Made by a program: the position numbers and the translations under genes | Assembly: GCA_015521195.1 (NCBI GenBank) | Contig: WAOO01000125.1 | Location: forward strand, 1-53,543 | DNA length: 53,543 bases | Origin: Pyrolobus sp. | Lineage (GTDB): Archaea; Thermoproteota; Thermoprotei_A; Sulfolobales; Pyrodictiaceae | Direction of reading: 5' to 3' | Notes under the pieces: generated by a model | What the model was told of the DNA's origin: nothing | Database searches by the model: none | What the model saw: the letters and a program-made list of their open reading frames with translations, nothing else | In this document: piece by piece, positions 1 to 9,205 of the stretch | Layout: each line of letters starts with the position of its first letter | Position numbering within the stretch: position 1 is the stretch's first letter

Positions 1-1444
1 CCTCCGGCGAGCCGAGGAGACTCCAGAGCATCCTCTTCTCGGCGGGCAGCAGCCACTCGAGGCTAACCTCTGCAACCGCGAGCGGGGCGCCACGCGAGTC
101 TTCGAGGGTGTAGATGCGGTAGTGGGGAGCGTCCAGCATCAGGGCGAGGTCGTCGGGCTCGTTGCGGTAATGGGCCTCTGCGAGAATCTCGTAGACGAGC
201 CTGGCCCTCCAAGGGTCGCCCGCCAGCCTCCACCCGTCGTAAGCCCTGCATTCGACGGGCGGAGAGGGTTCCAGCGGGAGGGGTTCCCGGCGGAGGGCGA
301 ACGTCTCGTAGAGCCACTCTTCTAGAGGGTCCCCCGGCGGATACCTAACCGGCGTCGAGAGCTCTACCCTCAGCATCGGCTGCGGGAGTATAGACTCGAC
401 CATGTGGAGGAGTGTACGGCCGCTACCCTCATACCCGTGGATTGTTGTCGCCGCTACAATCCTCCTCGTCTTCCTCGCCAACATGCGCAGACGGTGAGGC
501 CCTATAGCAGCAGCCTCGTCGACAACAAGCAGGCCGCCCGGCTCGTATAGCTCGCCCGGCGTGTGGTACCTGACGTGGAACCACGCACCCCTAACCCCGA
601 TGACGAGCCCCTCCCTCTCAACGACCCTATGCTTAACCCCAGCCTCGCGGAGCGCGGCGAGCAGCAGGCGGAAGAGGCTCTGGACGGACTCCGGGGAAGG
701 CGCCGTGACCGTAACGAGGCCCACATCCTTACGCAGCACCAGGAGGGCGATGCCCAGGCCTAGGGCGGCGCTCTTCCCCCTACCCCTATCACCCACGAGG
801 AGCAGGCTCCGGTAGCCTCCCCTGGCGAACCTCTGGAAGGCTAGGAGCGCCTCAGACTGGTCCCAGGTTGCAACGAGCCTCCTCAACACCCTCGGTATCA
901 GGAGGTATTCGCGGTCGGAGCGGTGGGGCGGCCCCGGGGGCCAGGGTGTAGCGCCGCGAGAGTCGGGAAGCCTCGCGCGCACAACTCTCCCAGAACAAGC
1001 ATCCACGATGAGGAGAGAGTCGAGGCGCTCAAGGCTCCTCGTTAGGTATCTCGCATAGCCGCCTGTGCCGAGCCACCCTCCAGGCTCCCAGCTCCAACCA
1101 CACCCAGCCACGATAGCGAGGAAGCCCGGAGACCTCACCATCTCCGCGACGGCCGCGACGAGGTTCGGGAGCAGGGGAGGCTCGACGTCAACCACAACCG
1201 CGTCAAACTCGGAGCCGAGCAGGCGTTGAACCCGCGCAGGGCTCGCAACCCTAAACCCTGCATCACTCCATGCACCCCGCCTCCCCGAAGATGCGACCAC
1301 AAGCACCTCTAGACCACGGAGGCTAGCGAGCACACCGGCAGCGTAGCCGCTGGAGGCGCGAACCACGAGGAGACCTCGACGTGAGAGACTGCGGAGCCCC
1401 TCGAGCCAAGACTCGACAGCCTCGACTACGCCATCGTAGAGCAT
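1..1444 (-). CDS. tmcA: tRNA/rRNA cytidine acetyltransferase TmcA/Nat10 (helicase + GNAT), 3' end runs off the window
   Basis: Manual translation from ATG at 1444 (MLYDGVVEAV...) gives LLGSEFDAVVVD, Walker A GDRGRGKSAALG, VDEAAAIG, TIHGYEGSGR and RYPPGDPLE, all TmcA motifs. Absent from the ORF track because it is open at the window edge. Confidence 0.9.
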   Translation of the reverse strand, partial: MLYDGVVEAVESWLEGLRSLSRRGLLVVRASSGYAAGVLASLRGLEVLVVASSGRRGAWSDAGFRVASPARVQRLLGSEFDAVVVDVEPPLLPNLVAAVAEMVRSPGFLAIVAGCGWSWEPGGWLGTGGYARYLTRSLERLDSLLIVDACSGRVVRARLPDSRGATPWPPGPPHRSDREYLLIPRVLRRLVATWDQSEALLAFQRFARGGYRSLLLVGDRGRGKSAALGLGIALLVLRKDVGLVTVTAPSPESVQSLFRLLLAALREAGVKHRVVEREGLVIGVRGAWFHVRYHTPGELYEPGGLLVVDEAAAIGPHRLRMLARKTRRIVAATTIHGYEGSGRTLLHMVESILPQPMLRVELSTPVRYPPGDPLEEWLYETFALRREPLPLEPSPPVECRAYDGWRLAGDPWRARLVYEILAEAHYRNEPDDLALMLDAPHYRIYTLEDSRGAPLAVAEVSLEWLLPAEKRMLWSLLGSPE

Positions 1445-1544
1445 TTCGCGCCCTACCCGCCCGAATCCCCTCTAAAATGGTTTTGGTTAACCCTCCTTCG
1501 AATCTGTTAAGCGGAAAGGCTAGAGTTAAAAGAGTGAGAAGACG

Positions 1545-2075
1545 GTGGGCCCACAAACGTGGGGCTGGATAAACTTGCAGAGCCTGGTAACACCCGGCCT
1601 CTACATGCTAGAGGAGGGCTCAAGGGTGGAGCTTGACGCGGAGAAGCCGCTCATACTCATAGTCGTTCGTGGCGTGCTTAGGGCGACGGTGGACGGCAAG
1701 CAGATGGAGCTAGGCCCCTGCACCATGCTCTACCTCCCCAAGGGCGGACACGCAACCATCTCCGCAGCCTGGGGCCCAGTCCACCTCTACACCCTCGAGA
1801 GCTTCGAGCTCGGAAACGAGCCCCGCATACTCTACAACGGCTATGGGGTCAAGAGCGTTGATGGCAGAGCTGCCCTCTGCGTCCGGATAGACGAGAAGGG
1901 CGTCAGGATACTCACACCGGCCCGCATCTACCCGACGACCGACGTCAAACTCGTAATCGAGGATGAGGGTGAGACACGGATACTGAAGGAGGGCTCCGAA
2001 GTCGCTCCCCCGGCCAAGGTAGTGGCGGAGAAGAGGACCAACGCCCTCCTGATACTAGGCGAGGCTAGAGACTAG
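1545..2075 (+). CDS. cupin-like hypothetical protein
   Basis: 176-aa ORF with a beta-rich pattern (LIVVRGVLRATVDG...LGPCTMLYLPKG) resembling cupin motifs, but without the metal-binding His residues. Confidence 0.55.
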   Translation: MGPQTWGWINLQSLVTPGLYMLEEGSRVELDAEKPLILIVVRGVLRATVDGKQMELGPCTMLYLPKGGHATISAAWGPVHLYTLESFELGNEPRILYNGYGVKSVDGRAALCVRIDEKGVRILTPARIYPTTDVKLVIEDEGETRILKEGSEVAPPAKVVAEKRTNALLILGEARD

Positions 2076-2096
2076 CCGAGATGCACCATACGCCAC

Positions 2097-2112
2097 CGTT
2101 TTGTATAAAAAT
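2097..2112. terminator. possible bidirectional T-tract terminator between convergent genes
   Basis: GTTTTGTATAAAAA gives a T run on each strand between the cupin-like gene and ino1. Confidence 0.35.
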
Positions 2113-2120
2113 GGGTCCGG

Positions 2121-3362
2121 TTAGGCGACCTTCCTTAGCCTCGCGAGGTCCTCTATGAAGGTGTGGACGCTGTACCTGGGTATCTTCTCCAGCGCCTCGT
2201 GGCGCAGCAGCCAGTCTATCAGCAGCTGGTAGGCGACTATCCTGGATATCGACTTGCCGGTGGATGGGCCGGGGTTCTTCATGAAGAAGGCGTTTATCTC
2301 GTAGACCGTGCCCTTCTCGCCGTGCTCAAGGGCTATCTTAGCCGTCCTTATCGCATCCACAAGGAGGCCTGCGAGGGCAGGGCTGTCGTTTATCCTCGCG
2401 TTGACTATCAGCTCGTCGACTGCGCCGTTGAAGCTTATGTACTCGATGTGCATCGAGACGAACTTCTTGTCGCCCAGTGGCTCTAGGTAGCCGGTCGGCT
2501 TGATGAAGTGGGGTGCGTCATAGCCGAGGATGTCCTTGACTATGCTGCTCTTGGTGGTCTCCTTGGCCTTGTTCCTCTCGGGGTCGAGCAGCGCCAGGAA
2601 GTCCAGGTTGCCGCCGATGTTGAACTGGACTACGCCCCTCACGTACCTGTTCCTCTCGGCGAGGTGCTCGAGGAGGTCGCTGGTGAGGGGGGTTGCGCCG
2701 CTGGCACCGTCGTCGCCCAGGACTAGGCTGTTCCTCTGGGCGGCTGCCGCCACGGCGGCGTCGTCCTTGGCGAGAGTGACCGGTATCGCGTTGACGAAGG
2801 CTACGGGTTTCACGGTCTCGGCGTAGAGCATCGCCGCGTAGTAGTAGGCGTAGCTGGCTGGCAGCCTCCCATCCTCCCACTCACCGTTCCTCTTGATGGC
2901 CTCCTCGAGCTTCTCCCAGCTGCGGATGCCGGGAGCCTTCTCGGTGGTAATGACGTTCACGATGACATCGACCTTCGCCTTCTCCCACTCGGAGACCAGC
3001 CTCTCGACGGCGTCACGGAGGCTCATCTCCTCGTCGAGGCCCTCGGCCTTGATGGGCAGGCCCCTGGTGCTCTGCAGGTGGATGCCCTTGCTCACCCTAA
3101 CCTCCTTCAGGGTCTCGGGTATCTCGAGGTCGGGGAAGTACATCTTGCCGACCTCGTAGAGCGTCTTGCCTATCTTCGACACGTCAACGTCGACGCTGTG
3201 CACTATCCTGATGTCCTTTATCTTCGGGGCGCGTATGAAGTCCTCTGGGAAGCCGAAGGGCACGCCATACGCCTTGATCGCGCCGGCCTTGATCCTCTCA
3301 AGGCCTACGGCCAACGTCGTCGCGACGTAACCCTGGCCTAGGAGGGCGACACGCGTCTCCAT
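2121..3362 (-). CDS. ino1: myo-inositol-1-phosphate synthase
   Basis: GQGYVA Rossmann motif, GDDGASGATP, QFNIGGNLDFL, KETTKS, LGDKKF, NDSPALAG. Start taken at METRV. Confidence 0.93.
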   Translation of the reverse strand: METRVALLGQGYVATTLAVGLERIKAGAIKAYGVPFGFPEDFIRAPKIKDIRIVHSVDVDVSKIGKTLYEVGKMYFPDLEIPETLKEVRVSKGIHLQSTRGLPIKAEGLDEEMSLRDAVERLVSEWEKAKVDVIVNVITTEKAPGIRSWEKLEEAIKRNGEWEDGRLPASYAYYYAAMLYAETVKPVAFVNAIPVTLAKDDAAVAAAAQRNSLVLGDDGASGATPLTSDLLEHLAERNRYVRGVVQFNIGGNLDFLALLDPERNKAKETTKSSIVKDILGYDAPHFIKPTGYLEPLGDKKFVSMHIEYISFNGAVDELIVNARINDSPALAGLLVDAIRTAKIALEHGEKGTVYEINAFFMKNPGPSTGKSISRIVAYQLLIDWLLRHEALEKIPRYSVHTFIEDLARLRKVA

Positions 3363-3428
3363 GCCACTCACCTCGTAACCTTTCGTTGGGGGTCCCCTAC
3401 CCTCCACGCGTCTATAAAAGCGTAGTGG

Positions 3429-3842
3429 CTAGGAGCTCCATGCCCCTATCTCATCGAGCACCCCGAGCTCCACAATAGCCTCTAGGATGTCCTCCAGCCT
3501 GCCGCTCCTAAAGCCAGGCGGGAGGTATACCCTGCACCACCCGGTATACCTGGAGCCTAGCTCGTACAGCGCCTCGTCCACAGCCCGGGCCTCGACCGGG
3601 TCGTCGCTGCCCCTGGAGACGCAGTAGGGGTGAGGGACCGGCGGGGCGACCGCCGCCACCAGCGAGCCGTTAGCCGCCACCAGGAGTATCACTAGGCGCT
3701 TCTCGCCGGACCAGCTGGCAGGCAGCGCGAGGTAGGCTTCGAAGGGCTTGTCTTCGTAGGGCCTCCGCACCCTGACCACCGCGCCGGGCATCCTCGCCGC
3801 TATCGCCTCGGCCTCCCTGACAAACCTCGCCAGTCTCTCCAC
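3429..3842 (-). CDS. hypothetical protein
   Basis: Only plausible ORF filling the gap; GTG start at VERLARF chosen to avoid the feoB promoter. Confidence 0.55.
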   Translation of the reverse strand: MERLARFVREAEAIAARMPGAVVRVRRPYEDKPFEAYLALPASWSGEKRLVILLVAANGSLVAAVAPPVPHPYCVSRGSDDPVEARAVDEALYELGSRYTGWCRVYLPPGFRSGRLEDILEAIVELGVLDEIGAWSS

Positions 3843-3878
3843 GTGTACTACACCGTGTCTAACGCCGCCTCTGTAAGG

Positions 3879-3907
3879 TTTAAGACGAGTGTTAGGCCAG
3901 CCTAACA
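3879..3907 (+). promoter_or_regulatory. feoB promoter: TATA box (TTTAAG) followed by a DtxR/IdeR-type inverted repeat
   Basis: TGTTAGGC-CA-GCCTAACA (3890-3907) has perfect 8-bp arms and a TTAGG-N4-CCTAA core. Confidence 0.7.
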
Positions 3908-3926
3908 AACGGGGTTGTAACACACT

Positions 3927-6014
3927 ATGCCGAGGATGAACTGCGATGTTGTGGCGGCTCTACTGGGGCCCCCCAACAGCGGCAAGACGAGCCTCTTCAA
4001 CGCGTTGACGGGGAGCGCGGAGAAGGTTGCAAACTGGCCGGGGGTCACTGTGGAGGTTAGAACCGCCGTCATGAGGCTGGATTCGAGGAGGGTCTGTCTG
4101 GTAGACCTGCCGGGCACCTATGGGCTCTCGGGCAGCGGCCCAGAGGAGAGGGTGACACGCGACTTCCTCCTCCGAGAGCGGGTGGACGTCGCGGCTGTGA
4201 CCGTGGACGCGACGAACCCCGAGCACGGGCTCTACCTCGCCCTAGAGGTGAGGGAGACCGGCATACCCTCGGTGATAGCCCTCACCAAGATGGATGGCGT
4301 CGAGCCCGGCTCGGTGGACGTCCGTGGCCTCGAGGAGGACCTGGGGGCTCCGGTTGTGCCCACCAGCTCCATGAGGGGGTGGGGTCTCGGAGAGCTTGCA
4401 AAGCGGCTCTCAGAGCCGCCTAGGCAGGAGCCACTCAGGATAGACTATGGCGACCTTGAACCGTACATCGAGAGGCTCGAGTCGATGCTGGCCAGGTGCT
4501 TCGATAGGCACTCGAGATGGATGGCTGTTAGGCTTCTGGAGGGGCTGGACTGGGCTAGGAGGCTTGTAGAGGAGAGGTGCGGCGATACCGGGAAGCACGT
4601 GCTGGATGCAGCCGAGGAGATGGCTGCGGAGTACCGCGGCAGGACGGGGAGGGAGCCCCTAGAGGCTGCCGTGTCTGCAAGGTACCGCGTCGTCGAGGAG
4701 ATAGTCTCGAAGAGGTTTCGCTCGAGGACAGAGGCTGGCCTCACCCGGCTCGATAGGCTCTTCCTGCACCCCGTCTGGGGCGTAGCCGCGTCTCTCGCGC
4801 TCCTCGCACTGCTATTCTTAACCGTCTTCACGGTCAACACCGGGTTCCCTCTCAACCTCCTGCTGGACTCGCTGGGGTTCCACGCCGCAGCCAGGATGCT
4901 GGAGGAGTACAGCCTGTCCGGCATACTCGGGGCGCTCTTCGACACTCTAGCATCCCTAGTGGAGCACAGCATCGGCGGATGGCTGGGTGAGCTGCTGGGT
5001 CAGGGTGTGATAGGAGGCGTGGGTCTGGTGCTCAGCTTCCTCCCGCTCATCGTCATAATCTACGCTGTGTTCGGGGCGCTGGAGGACTCGGGCCTCGCGG
5101 CTAGAATGGCGCTGGCCTATGAGCCGCTGATGGAGAAGTTTGGCGTCACCGGGCGCGCAATATTCCCCTTCATAATGAGCCTCGGGTGCAACGTTCCCGC
5201 TGTCTTCTCGACGAGGATACTCGAGACGTGGAGGGAGAGGGTTGCAGTGGCGCTGGCCGTGCCCTTCATCCCATGCCAGGCGAGGCTGGTGGTGCTGCTT
5301 GCGTTCATAGCGGCCTTCTTCTCGGACAACCCTGCGGCCGCAGCGGCGGTAGCGCTGGGGATATACCTGCTCGCGTTTACAGTCGCCCTTCTCACCGCGA
5401 GGCTCGCCACGAGCACCATGGGGGGCCGGGAGGAGGAGCTGGGGGTCATGGAGCTGCCGCGGTTGAAGAAGCCGAGCATGCGCGTCATATGGTGGAGGGT
5501 GAAGGAGGCTACGATACACTTCCTGGTTCGCGCTGGCACAGTGATACTCGTGTTCAGCGTCCTAGCCTGGCTCGCCTCCAGCTTCACGCCGTCCCTCACA
5601 CCAGCCGCCACACCCGAGGAGAGCATCGCAGCCGCACTGGGCAAGGCGTTGGCGCCGCTAGCCTCCATGGTATTCGGCGTGGCCCACTGGCAGGCATGGA
5701 GGCTCGCCTTCGGCTTCCTCGAGGGCCTTGCCGCCAAAGAGGTGTTCCTCGACGCTCTGGCGATGGTCGCGCCACCCAACGTGAAGGTGGCTACACCCGC
5801 AGACGCCGTCGCATACCTCCACCTCACGCTGCCGCAGGCAGTCTCGGTGCTAGTCGCACTGACGCTCTACATGCCGTGTATAGCTACGCTTGCCGCGATA
5901 TACGGCGAGTTTAGAAGCCTGAAGCTCGTTACGGCCTCGCTCGCCTACAGCATAGCCGTCGCGACGGCAGCCGCGCTCCTGGTGCGCATCGCGCTTACAC
6001 CGCTAGCCCCTTGA
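3927..6014 (+). CDS. feoB: ferrous iron transporter FeoB
   Basis: GPPNSGKTS, NWPGVTV, DLPG and TKMD GTPase motifs, followed by a membrane domain with LEDSG, GCNVP, PCQAR, LYMPC. Confidence 0.96.
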   Translation: MPRMNCDVVAALLGPPNSGKTSLFNALTGSAEKVANWPGVTVEVRTAVMRLDSRRVCLVDLPGTYGLSGSGPEERVTRDFLLRERVDVAAVTVDATNPEHGLYLALEVRETGIPSVIALTKMDGVEPGSVDVRGLEEDLGAPVVPTSSMRGWGLGELAKRLSEPPRQEPLRIDYGDLEPYIERLESMLARCFDRHSRWMAVRLLEGLDWARRLVEERCGDTGKHVLDAAEEMAAEYRGRTGREPLEAAVSARYRVVEEIVSKRFRSRTEAGLTRLDRLFLHPVWGVAASLALLALLFLTVFTVNTGFPLNLLLDSLGFHAAARMLEEYSLSGILGALFDTLASLVEHSIGGWLGELLGQGVIGGVGLVLSFLPLIVIIYAVFGALEDSGLAARMALAYEPLMEKFGVTGRAIFPFIMSLGCNVPAVFSTRILETWRERVAVALAVPFIPCQARLVVLLAFIAAFFSDNPAAAAAVALGIYLLAFTVALLTARLATSTMGGREEELGVMELPRLKKPSMRVIWWRVKEATIHFLVRAGTVILVFSVLAWLASSFTPSLTPAATPEESIAAALGKALAPLASMVFGVAHWQAWRLAFGFLEGLAAKEVFLDALAMVAPPNVKVATPADAVAYLHLTLPQAVSVLVALTLYMPCIATLAAIYGEFRSLKLVTASLAYSIAVATAAALLVRIALTPLAP

Positions 6015-6039
6015 GGGCCTGGAACCCCCGAACACGGTC

Positions 6040-6113
6040 TGGGCGGGGCTCTCCCCCGCCAGGGGGGCCGTCGCCCCTGCGATGAGCGGGGGTCCTCTTG
6101 GGCGCCCGCCACA
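6040..6113 (+). ncRNA. candidate structured RNA (long hairpin with GCGAUGA bulge, ending in ACA); strand uncertain
   Basis: Nested stems GGCGGG/CCCGCC, CCCCCGC/GCGGGGG and CAGGGG/CCCCTG with ACA directly 3'; intergenic. Confidence 0.35.
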
Positions 6114-6153
6114 CGATAAATCTCGGGTTTAGGCTTGGCGCTCGGGGCTAGAG

Positions 6154-7809
6154 TTGCCTACGCTACGGTTTCTCGCGCCGAGGCTCGAGAGGGCGACCGG
6201 CGTACCGATGGATGAGCTTGAGGAGCTGCTGTTCAGGCTCAAGTGCGAGGTGGAGCGTGGAGAGGGCGACGAGGTGTACGTGGAGGTTAACGCCGATAGA
6301 CCCGACATGTTCAGCGTCGAGGGTATCGCTAGGGCGGTGAAGGGGCTTAGGGGTGTCGAGACCGGGCTCCCGAGCTACGAGCACATCAAGAGCGGGTTTA
6401 GGCTGGTCGTCGAGGATGTCCCAACGAGGCCCTATATCGCGGCGGCGGTCGTCTACGATGTCGACGTGGACGAGGTTTTCCTGGAGGAGTTGATACAGTT
6501 CCAGGAGAAGCTGCACGATACGCTGGGCCGCGGGAGGAGGAAGGCAGCCATAGGCCTCCACGATGCGGACAAGGTGCCTTCGAGGAGCCTGGTCTACAGG
6601 ATGGCCGGGCTCGACGAGAGGATGGTGCCGCTTCACGGGGAGCGAGAGATGAGCCTCGGGGAGGTCCTCGAGGAGACCGAGCAGGGTAGGAAGTACGGCG
6701 GGCTCGCGCTCAGCGGGGGGAGGCACCCGGTCTTCGCGACGGCCGATGGAGTAATCCTCAGCATGCCGCCCGTGATAAACGCGGATGTTACGAGGGTTGA
6801 GCCGGGAACTCGCAACATCCTCATAGACGTGACGGGGACGAGCTGGGAGACTGTAATGCAGGTTTTGAACGTCCTTGTGTACACGTTGGCCGAGAGGAGT
6901 AGGAGTAGGCGCGTGGGCACGGTGGAGCTCATAGGGGCGCCGGAGCCGGAGACGCCCGTCTGGAGGACCAGGGGCGTACACGTCGACCGCAACAGGCTGG
7001 AGGAGTGGCTTGGCGTCCGGCTCTCCTCATCGCAGGTGCTCGATGCGCTTGAGAGGATGAGGCATGGCGCGGAGGAGGACGAGAGGGGCTACACTGCGAT
7101 AGTCGCGCCGTTCCGGGTGGATATTCTGGGGTGGGCTGATGTCGCGGAGGATGTAGCGATAGGAGTCGGGTACGACACCATAGGCTCCGAGTATGGGCCT
7201 GCACCCCTGAGGGGCTCCCTGTCACCCTCGAGGCTCTTCGAGAGGGCCGCTAGGAGGCTTCTCGCCGGCTACGGCTTCCTAGAGGTGTATAGCTTCACGC
7301 TGACCAGCTGCGAGGACCAGGAGCTCCTCTGGGGCGTGCCTGCCGCACGACTCGTACGCGTAGCCAACCCGGTGAGCAGGGAGCTTGCCTGCATACGCGC
7401 TGCTATAACACCCCAGCTTCTCAGGTTCGCCGCTCAGAACCAGCACGTGGTCCCACTCAGGGTGTTTGAGCTTGGGGATGTAGCGGTTGTCGACGAGGCT
7501 ATGCCGGAGAAGACGCGCGTAGAGAAGCACCTTGCTATGCTCCTGATGGCCGATAAGGTTGGATACGAGGATATCCAGGCGTATGTCTGGGGGCTCGTCC
7601 GGCTCCTCGGCGACGAGGTTGCAACGGTCGAGGAGGTTGAGCACCCCCTGTTCATACCGGGTAGGGCTGCACGCGTGAAGACGAGGGAGGGCGTGGAAGG
7701 CGTGCTGGGCGAGGTCCACCCCGCCGTACTCGAGAAGCTCGGCATCGTCTACCCTGTTGCGGCTGCAGAGCTACGATACGATACTGTTGCCCCGCCCCGC
7801 CGCCCCTAG
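6154..7809 (+). CDS. pheT: phenylalanyl-tRNA synthetase beta subunit
   Basis: DRPDMFSVEGIAR, QFQEKLH, R.DI...D.AEDVAI..GY, NPVS, GEVHP. Confidence 0.96.
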   Translation: MPTLRFLAPRLERATGVPMDELEELLFRLKCEVERGEGDEVYVEVNADRPDMFSVEGIARAVKGLRGVETGLPSYEHIKSGFRLVVEDVPTRPYIAAAVVYDVDVDEVFLEELIQFQEKLHDTLGRGRRKAAIGLHDADKVPSRSLVYRMAGLDERMVPLHGEREMSLGEVLEETEQGRKYGGLALSGGRHPVFATADGVILSMPPVINADVTRVEPGTRNILIDVTGTSWETVMQVLNVLVYTLAERSRSRRVGTVELIGAPEPETPVWRTRGVHVDRNRLEEWLGVRLSSSQVLDALERMRHGAEEDERGYTAIVAPFRVDILGWADVAEDVAIGVGYDTIGSEYGPAPLRGSLSPSRLFERAARRLLAGYGFLEVYSFTLTSCEDQELLWGVPAARLVRVANPVSRELACIRAAITPQLLRFAAQNQHVVPLRVFELGDVAVVDEAMPEKTRVEKHLAMLLMADKVGYEDIQAYVWGLVRLLGDEVATVEEVEHPLFIPGRAARVKTREGVEGVLGEVHPAVLEKLGIVYPVAAAELRYDTVAPPRRP

Positions 7810-8630
7810 AGCCATGCCTCCTCTACACTCGCCCTCCTCTTCTCGAGGTACTCCTCGGGCGGCACATAGAAGTTCAGCTTGGCCTCGTGGTAGTCGCGTA
7901 TGACCTGCCTTGCCGCCTCCTCGATGTTGGGCTCGCCGGTCGTCTTGTACCTCCAGCCGCGCTTCACTGCAATCTCCTCGAGTATCCGGAGGGGGTCCGT
8001 CTCGCGTATCCCATAGGCTTCTATGACCGCGCGGGGGTTGTAGCGCAGCGCCCTCTTCAACAGCTCTATCGCCGGGTTTATCGGGTCGCGGAGCTGCTCC
8101 GGCGGCTTCCCGCGTATGACCGCCTCCAGGCGGTCGCCCTCTACCGGTATGACTCCGGGGGAGTCGAGCATGTACATGCTGCGGCCTATACGGTAGAGCT
8201 GGACGTGGGTGGTATAACCGGGGGAGCCGGGGATGGGGCTCGTGGAGGCCGCGTGCTTCCCCTTCAGGGCGTTTATCACCGTGGACTTCCCGGTCTTAGG
8301 GTAGCCGGTCACCGCGACGATGATCGGCCTCGTCTCGACAGCCTTCTTTATCGCGACGCGTAGCTTCCTAGTCCCCATGTGCTCCCTTGCAGCCATGTAG
8401 ACGGCCGTGTACCCCATATCCTCGAATATCTTCTTCCACTTCTCGGCCACCTCGCGGGGTATCAGGTCGGCCTTGTTTATCACGATTATCAGCTTGCGGC
8501 CCAGAGCCTCGACTATCCTCTCGAGCCTCCTGCTCCTCGTCCCCATAGGGTCCCTCGCGTCAACCACCTCGAGGACCACGTCAGCCCTCCTCACCAGCCA
8601 CGTTATCGTCCTCCACGATGCGAGTATCAA
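7806..8630 (-). CDS. circularly permuted ribosome-biogenesis GTPase (RbgA/YlqF family)
   Basis: G4-G1-G3 order: DARDP, NKADL, GYPKTGKSTVIN, PGYT, DSPGV. Confidence 0.92.
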   Translation of the reverse strand: MILASWRTITWLVRRADVVLEVVDARDPMGTRSRRLERIVEALGRKLIIVINKADLIPREVAEKWKKIFEDMGYTAVYMAAREHMGTRKLRVAIKKAVETRPIIVAVTGYPKTGKSTVINALKGKHAASTSPIPGSPGYTTHVQLYRIGRSMYMLDSPGVIPVEGDRLEAVIRGKPPEQLRDPINPAIELLKRALRYNPRAVIEAYGIRETDPLRILEEIAVKRGWRYKTTGEPNIEEAARQVIRDYHEAKLNFYVPPEEYLEKRRASVEEAWL

Positions 8631-8719
8631 CGCGGCTACCCTCCGTATACCGCGTGTCGCGCGGAAACCCGGCTATAGGGTGACCGGCCTACAATAACCC
8701 CCGCCACGGTAGCCACACA

Positions 8720-8778
8720 GGGGCCGTGTGGAGTAAGAGGGTCTCTGACCAGTGATGAGCGGAAACGGGCCGAGCCCC
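8720..8778 (+). ncRNA. box C/D guide sRNA
   Basis: GGGGC stem, C GTGTGGA, 12-nt guide, D' CTGA, C' GTGATGA, 11-nt guide, D CCGA, GCCCC stem. Confidence 0.82.
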
Positions 8779-8825
8779 GTACCCCACTAAGCCTCCCTCT
8801 GCACCAGCGCCCCGGGCTGAGCGTC

Positions 8826-9167
8826 TTGGACGCCCTGAGGAAGGCGCTACTCGCACTCACACTCATCCTCATCATCGGCTACATCGGCATCAACTTCGTG
8901 GCGCCTCTCCCGGCTTTCCTGGTGGGCGAGAACCTCTTCTACGCGGCTTCATACGCGATACTAGCGTATATGCTGTGGAAGGGTAGGAGGGTGGAACCCC
9001 TCTACGTGCTCCTAGCGGGTTTCAACGCGGGGAGGGTTTCGAGGAGCGTGGTGACGCCCTACGGCACACCTGGGCGTCTAGCGGTCCAGCATATACCGCT
9101 GCTCGCGCTAATCCTGGCCGCTGCTTTCCTCGCCGTTGCAGCAGCCTCTAGGAGGCCTTCACCTTAA
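8826..9167 (+). CDS. small membrane protein (about 4 TM), hypothetical
   Basis: 113-aa hydrophobic ORF with TTG start. Confidence 0.7.
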   Translation: MDALRKALLALTLILIIGYIGINFVAPLPAFLVGENLFYAASYAILAYMLWKGRRVEPLYVLLAGFNAGRVSRSVVTPYGTPGRLAVQHIPLLALILAAAFLAVAAASRRPSP

Positions 9168-9205
9168 ACCCGGGTGTACGCGGTTAGCGCGAACGGTGGC
9201 GCTCG

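Noticed and set aside
1-1444. Link between TmcA/Nat10, the THUMP protein and the guide RNAs as an RNA-guided acetylation system
   Set aside because: The genes are 19-33 kb apart among unrelated housekeeping genes, and the 16S segment matched by the 33.8-kb RNA has no CCG acetylation motif
3411-3421. Shared 11-mer TCTATAAAAGC upstream of ino1 and the thermosome as a heat-shock element
   Set aside because: It is simply a strong TATA box (GCTTTTATAGA on the minus strand)
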